A stretch of 62,267 bases of DNA, filler included. It is 5 parts of 5 records of this genome, joined end to end, with 100 filler letters (N's around TTAATTAATTAA, not from the genome) between each part and the next. Parts side by side here need not be neighbours in the genome. Positions count along the whole stretch, not along the records: positions 49,331 to 62,267 come from SRR20825006_1373; 4 more parts are not named here. One strand, given 5' to 3'. This document shows, in pieces, positions 61,465 through 62,267 of the stretch (positions are counted from its first letter, which is position 1; each line of letters opens with the position of its first letter). The notes beneath the pieces are model-generated. The model was not told the origin of the DNA and made no database searches. It saw only the letters and a list, made by a program, of their open reading frames with translations. A program made the translations under genes and the position numbers.

Positions 61465-62267
61465 GCGATATTTTTGCCCAAACCAAAGCCAAGTTTCATC
61501 TGCCCAAGGGCGTGATTTATCTGGATGGCAACAGCCTTGGCCCGCTGCCAAAAGCGGCGATGGGCGTGGTGGAGCGCACCATTCAGGATGAATGGGGCGA
61601 GATGCTGATCACCGGGTGGAACAAGGCCGGGTGGATCAACAAACCCAGCGAGATTGGCGACCGGATTGGCAAACTCATCGGCGCGCCCGCTGGTTCCGTG
61701 GTGATGGGCGACACGTTATCGATCAAGGTTTATCAGGCGTTAGCCTCAGCATTGGAGCTCAATCCGGGCCGCAAAGTGGTGCTGTCCGACAGCGGCAACT
61801 TCCCTTCCGACCTCTATATCGCTGATGGCTTGCTGAAGAGCTTGGGCGAAGAATATGAGCTGCGTGTGGTCACGCCGGAAGAAGTTGAAAATGCGCTGAC
61901 GGACGATGTTGCGGTGATGATGATCACGGAGGTGGATTATCGCACTGGCCGCAAGCACGACATGAAGGCGCTCACCGAAAAAGCCCATGCCAATGGCATT
62001 TTGACCATTTGGGATTTGGCCCACTCCGCAGGCGCGTTGCCGGTTGACCTTGAAGGTTGCAACGCCGACTTTGCCGTGGGCTGCACCTATAAATATCTTA
62101 ATGGCGGCCCTGGTGCCCCTGCTTTTATCTATGTCGCTGACAAGCATAAAGATGCGGCGCGCCCTGCCCTTTCCGGCTGGATGGGCCACGAGGCACCGTT
62201 CGCCTTTGATCTGGATTATCGCGCTGCGCCGGGCATTGAGCGGATGCGCGTCGGCACGCCGCCGATC
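61461..62267 (+). CDS. kynU: Kynureninase (runs off the window; missing from the ORF track)
   Basis: My translation from GTG 61461 (overlapping the ligase stop, GTGA) gives VIYLDGNSLGPLP, NFPSDLY, WDLAHSAGA and GCTYKYLNGGPGAP (PLP Lys), all in frame. Confidence 0.93.
   Translation, partial: MSDIFAQTKAKFHLPKGVIYLDGNSLGPLPKAAMGVVERTIQDEWGEMLITGWNKAGWINKPSEIGDRIGKLIGAPAGSVVMGDTLSIKVYQALASALELNPGRKVVLSDSGNFPSDLYIADGLLKSLGEEYELRVVTPEEVENALTDDVAVMMITEVDYRTGRKHDMKALTEKAHANGILTIWDLAHSAGALPVDLEGCNADFAVGCTYKYLNGGPGAPAFIYVADKHKDAARPALSGWMGHEAPFAFDLDYRAAPGIERMRVGTPPI

Noticed and set aside
57943-62189. ORFs 57943-58641, 60046-61134, 61592-61825 and 61746-62189
   Set aside because: Shadows of the hydratase, CoA ligase and kynU genes.
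1-62267. CRISPR arrays, tRNA/rRNA genes, IS elements, prophage or defence systems
   Set aside because: I saw no repeat-spacer periodicity, tRNA/rRNA signature, transposase, integrase or defence-type ORF by eye. tRNAscan-SE, cmscan and DefenseFinder were not run.

Overview
This window is not one locus. It is five contigs joined by four identical artificial 100-nt linkers (N44-TTAATTAATTAA-N44, at 20296-20395, 32287-32386, 39899-39998 and 49231-49330). Contigs 1 (1-20295) and 2 (20396-32286) are AT-rich and look like Flavobacteriaceae (TAnnTTTG promoters, T9SS C-terminal domains). They carry leuS, ftsX, uppP, truB, tag, aat, a nitrilase, a mvaD-mvk-ubiA operon, tspO, an exonuclease-fused dnaE, the start of rpsP, a large T9SS-secreted M4 protease with a protease-less paralogue beside it, fabH, an ABC1 kinase and htpG. 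Contig 3 (32387-39898) is a high-GC alphaproteobacterium (ltnD, SDR, AbrB-type membrane protein, acyl-CoA dehydrogenase, peroxiredoxin, M10 protease). Contig 4 (39999-49230) is another alphaproteobacterium with a TRAP plus gamma-glutamylation amino-alcohol catabolic cluster and a nucleotide/nucleoside scavenging module. Contig 5 (49331-62267) is an alphaproteobacterial kynurenine/anthranilate (2-aminobenzoyl-CoA) catabolic island; its kynU gene is absent from the ORF track. I saw no CRISPR array, rRNA, tRNA or transposase. The best candidate for undescribed biology is a set of three gene-free promoter-hairpin-terminator units in flavobacterial intergenic DNA (about 7258-7382, 26378-26508 and 27534-27674). 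Two display an anti-start-codon (UUCAU) loop and two are preceded by ECF-type AAC-N16-CGTC promoters. All calls come from reading motifs by eye; no database search was run.
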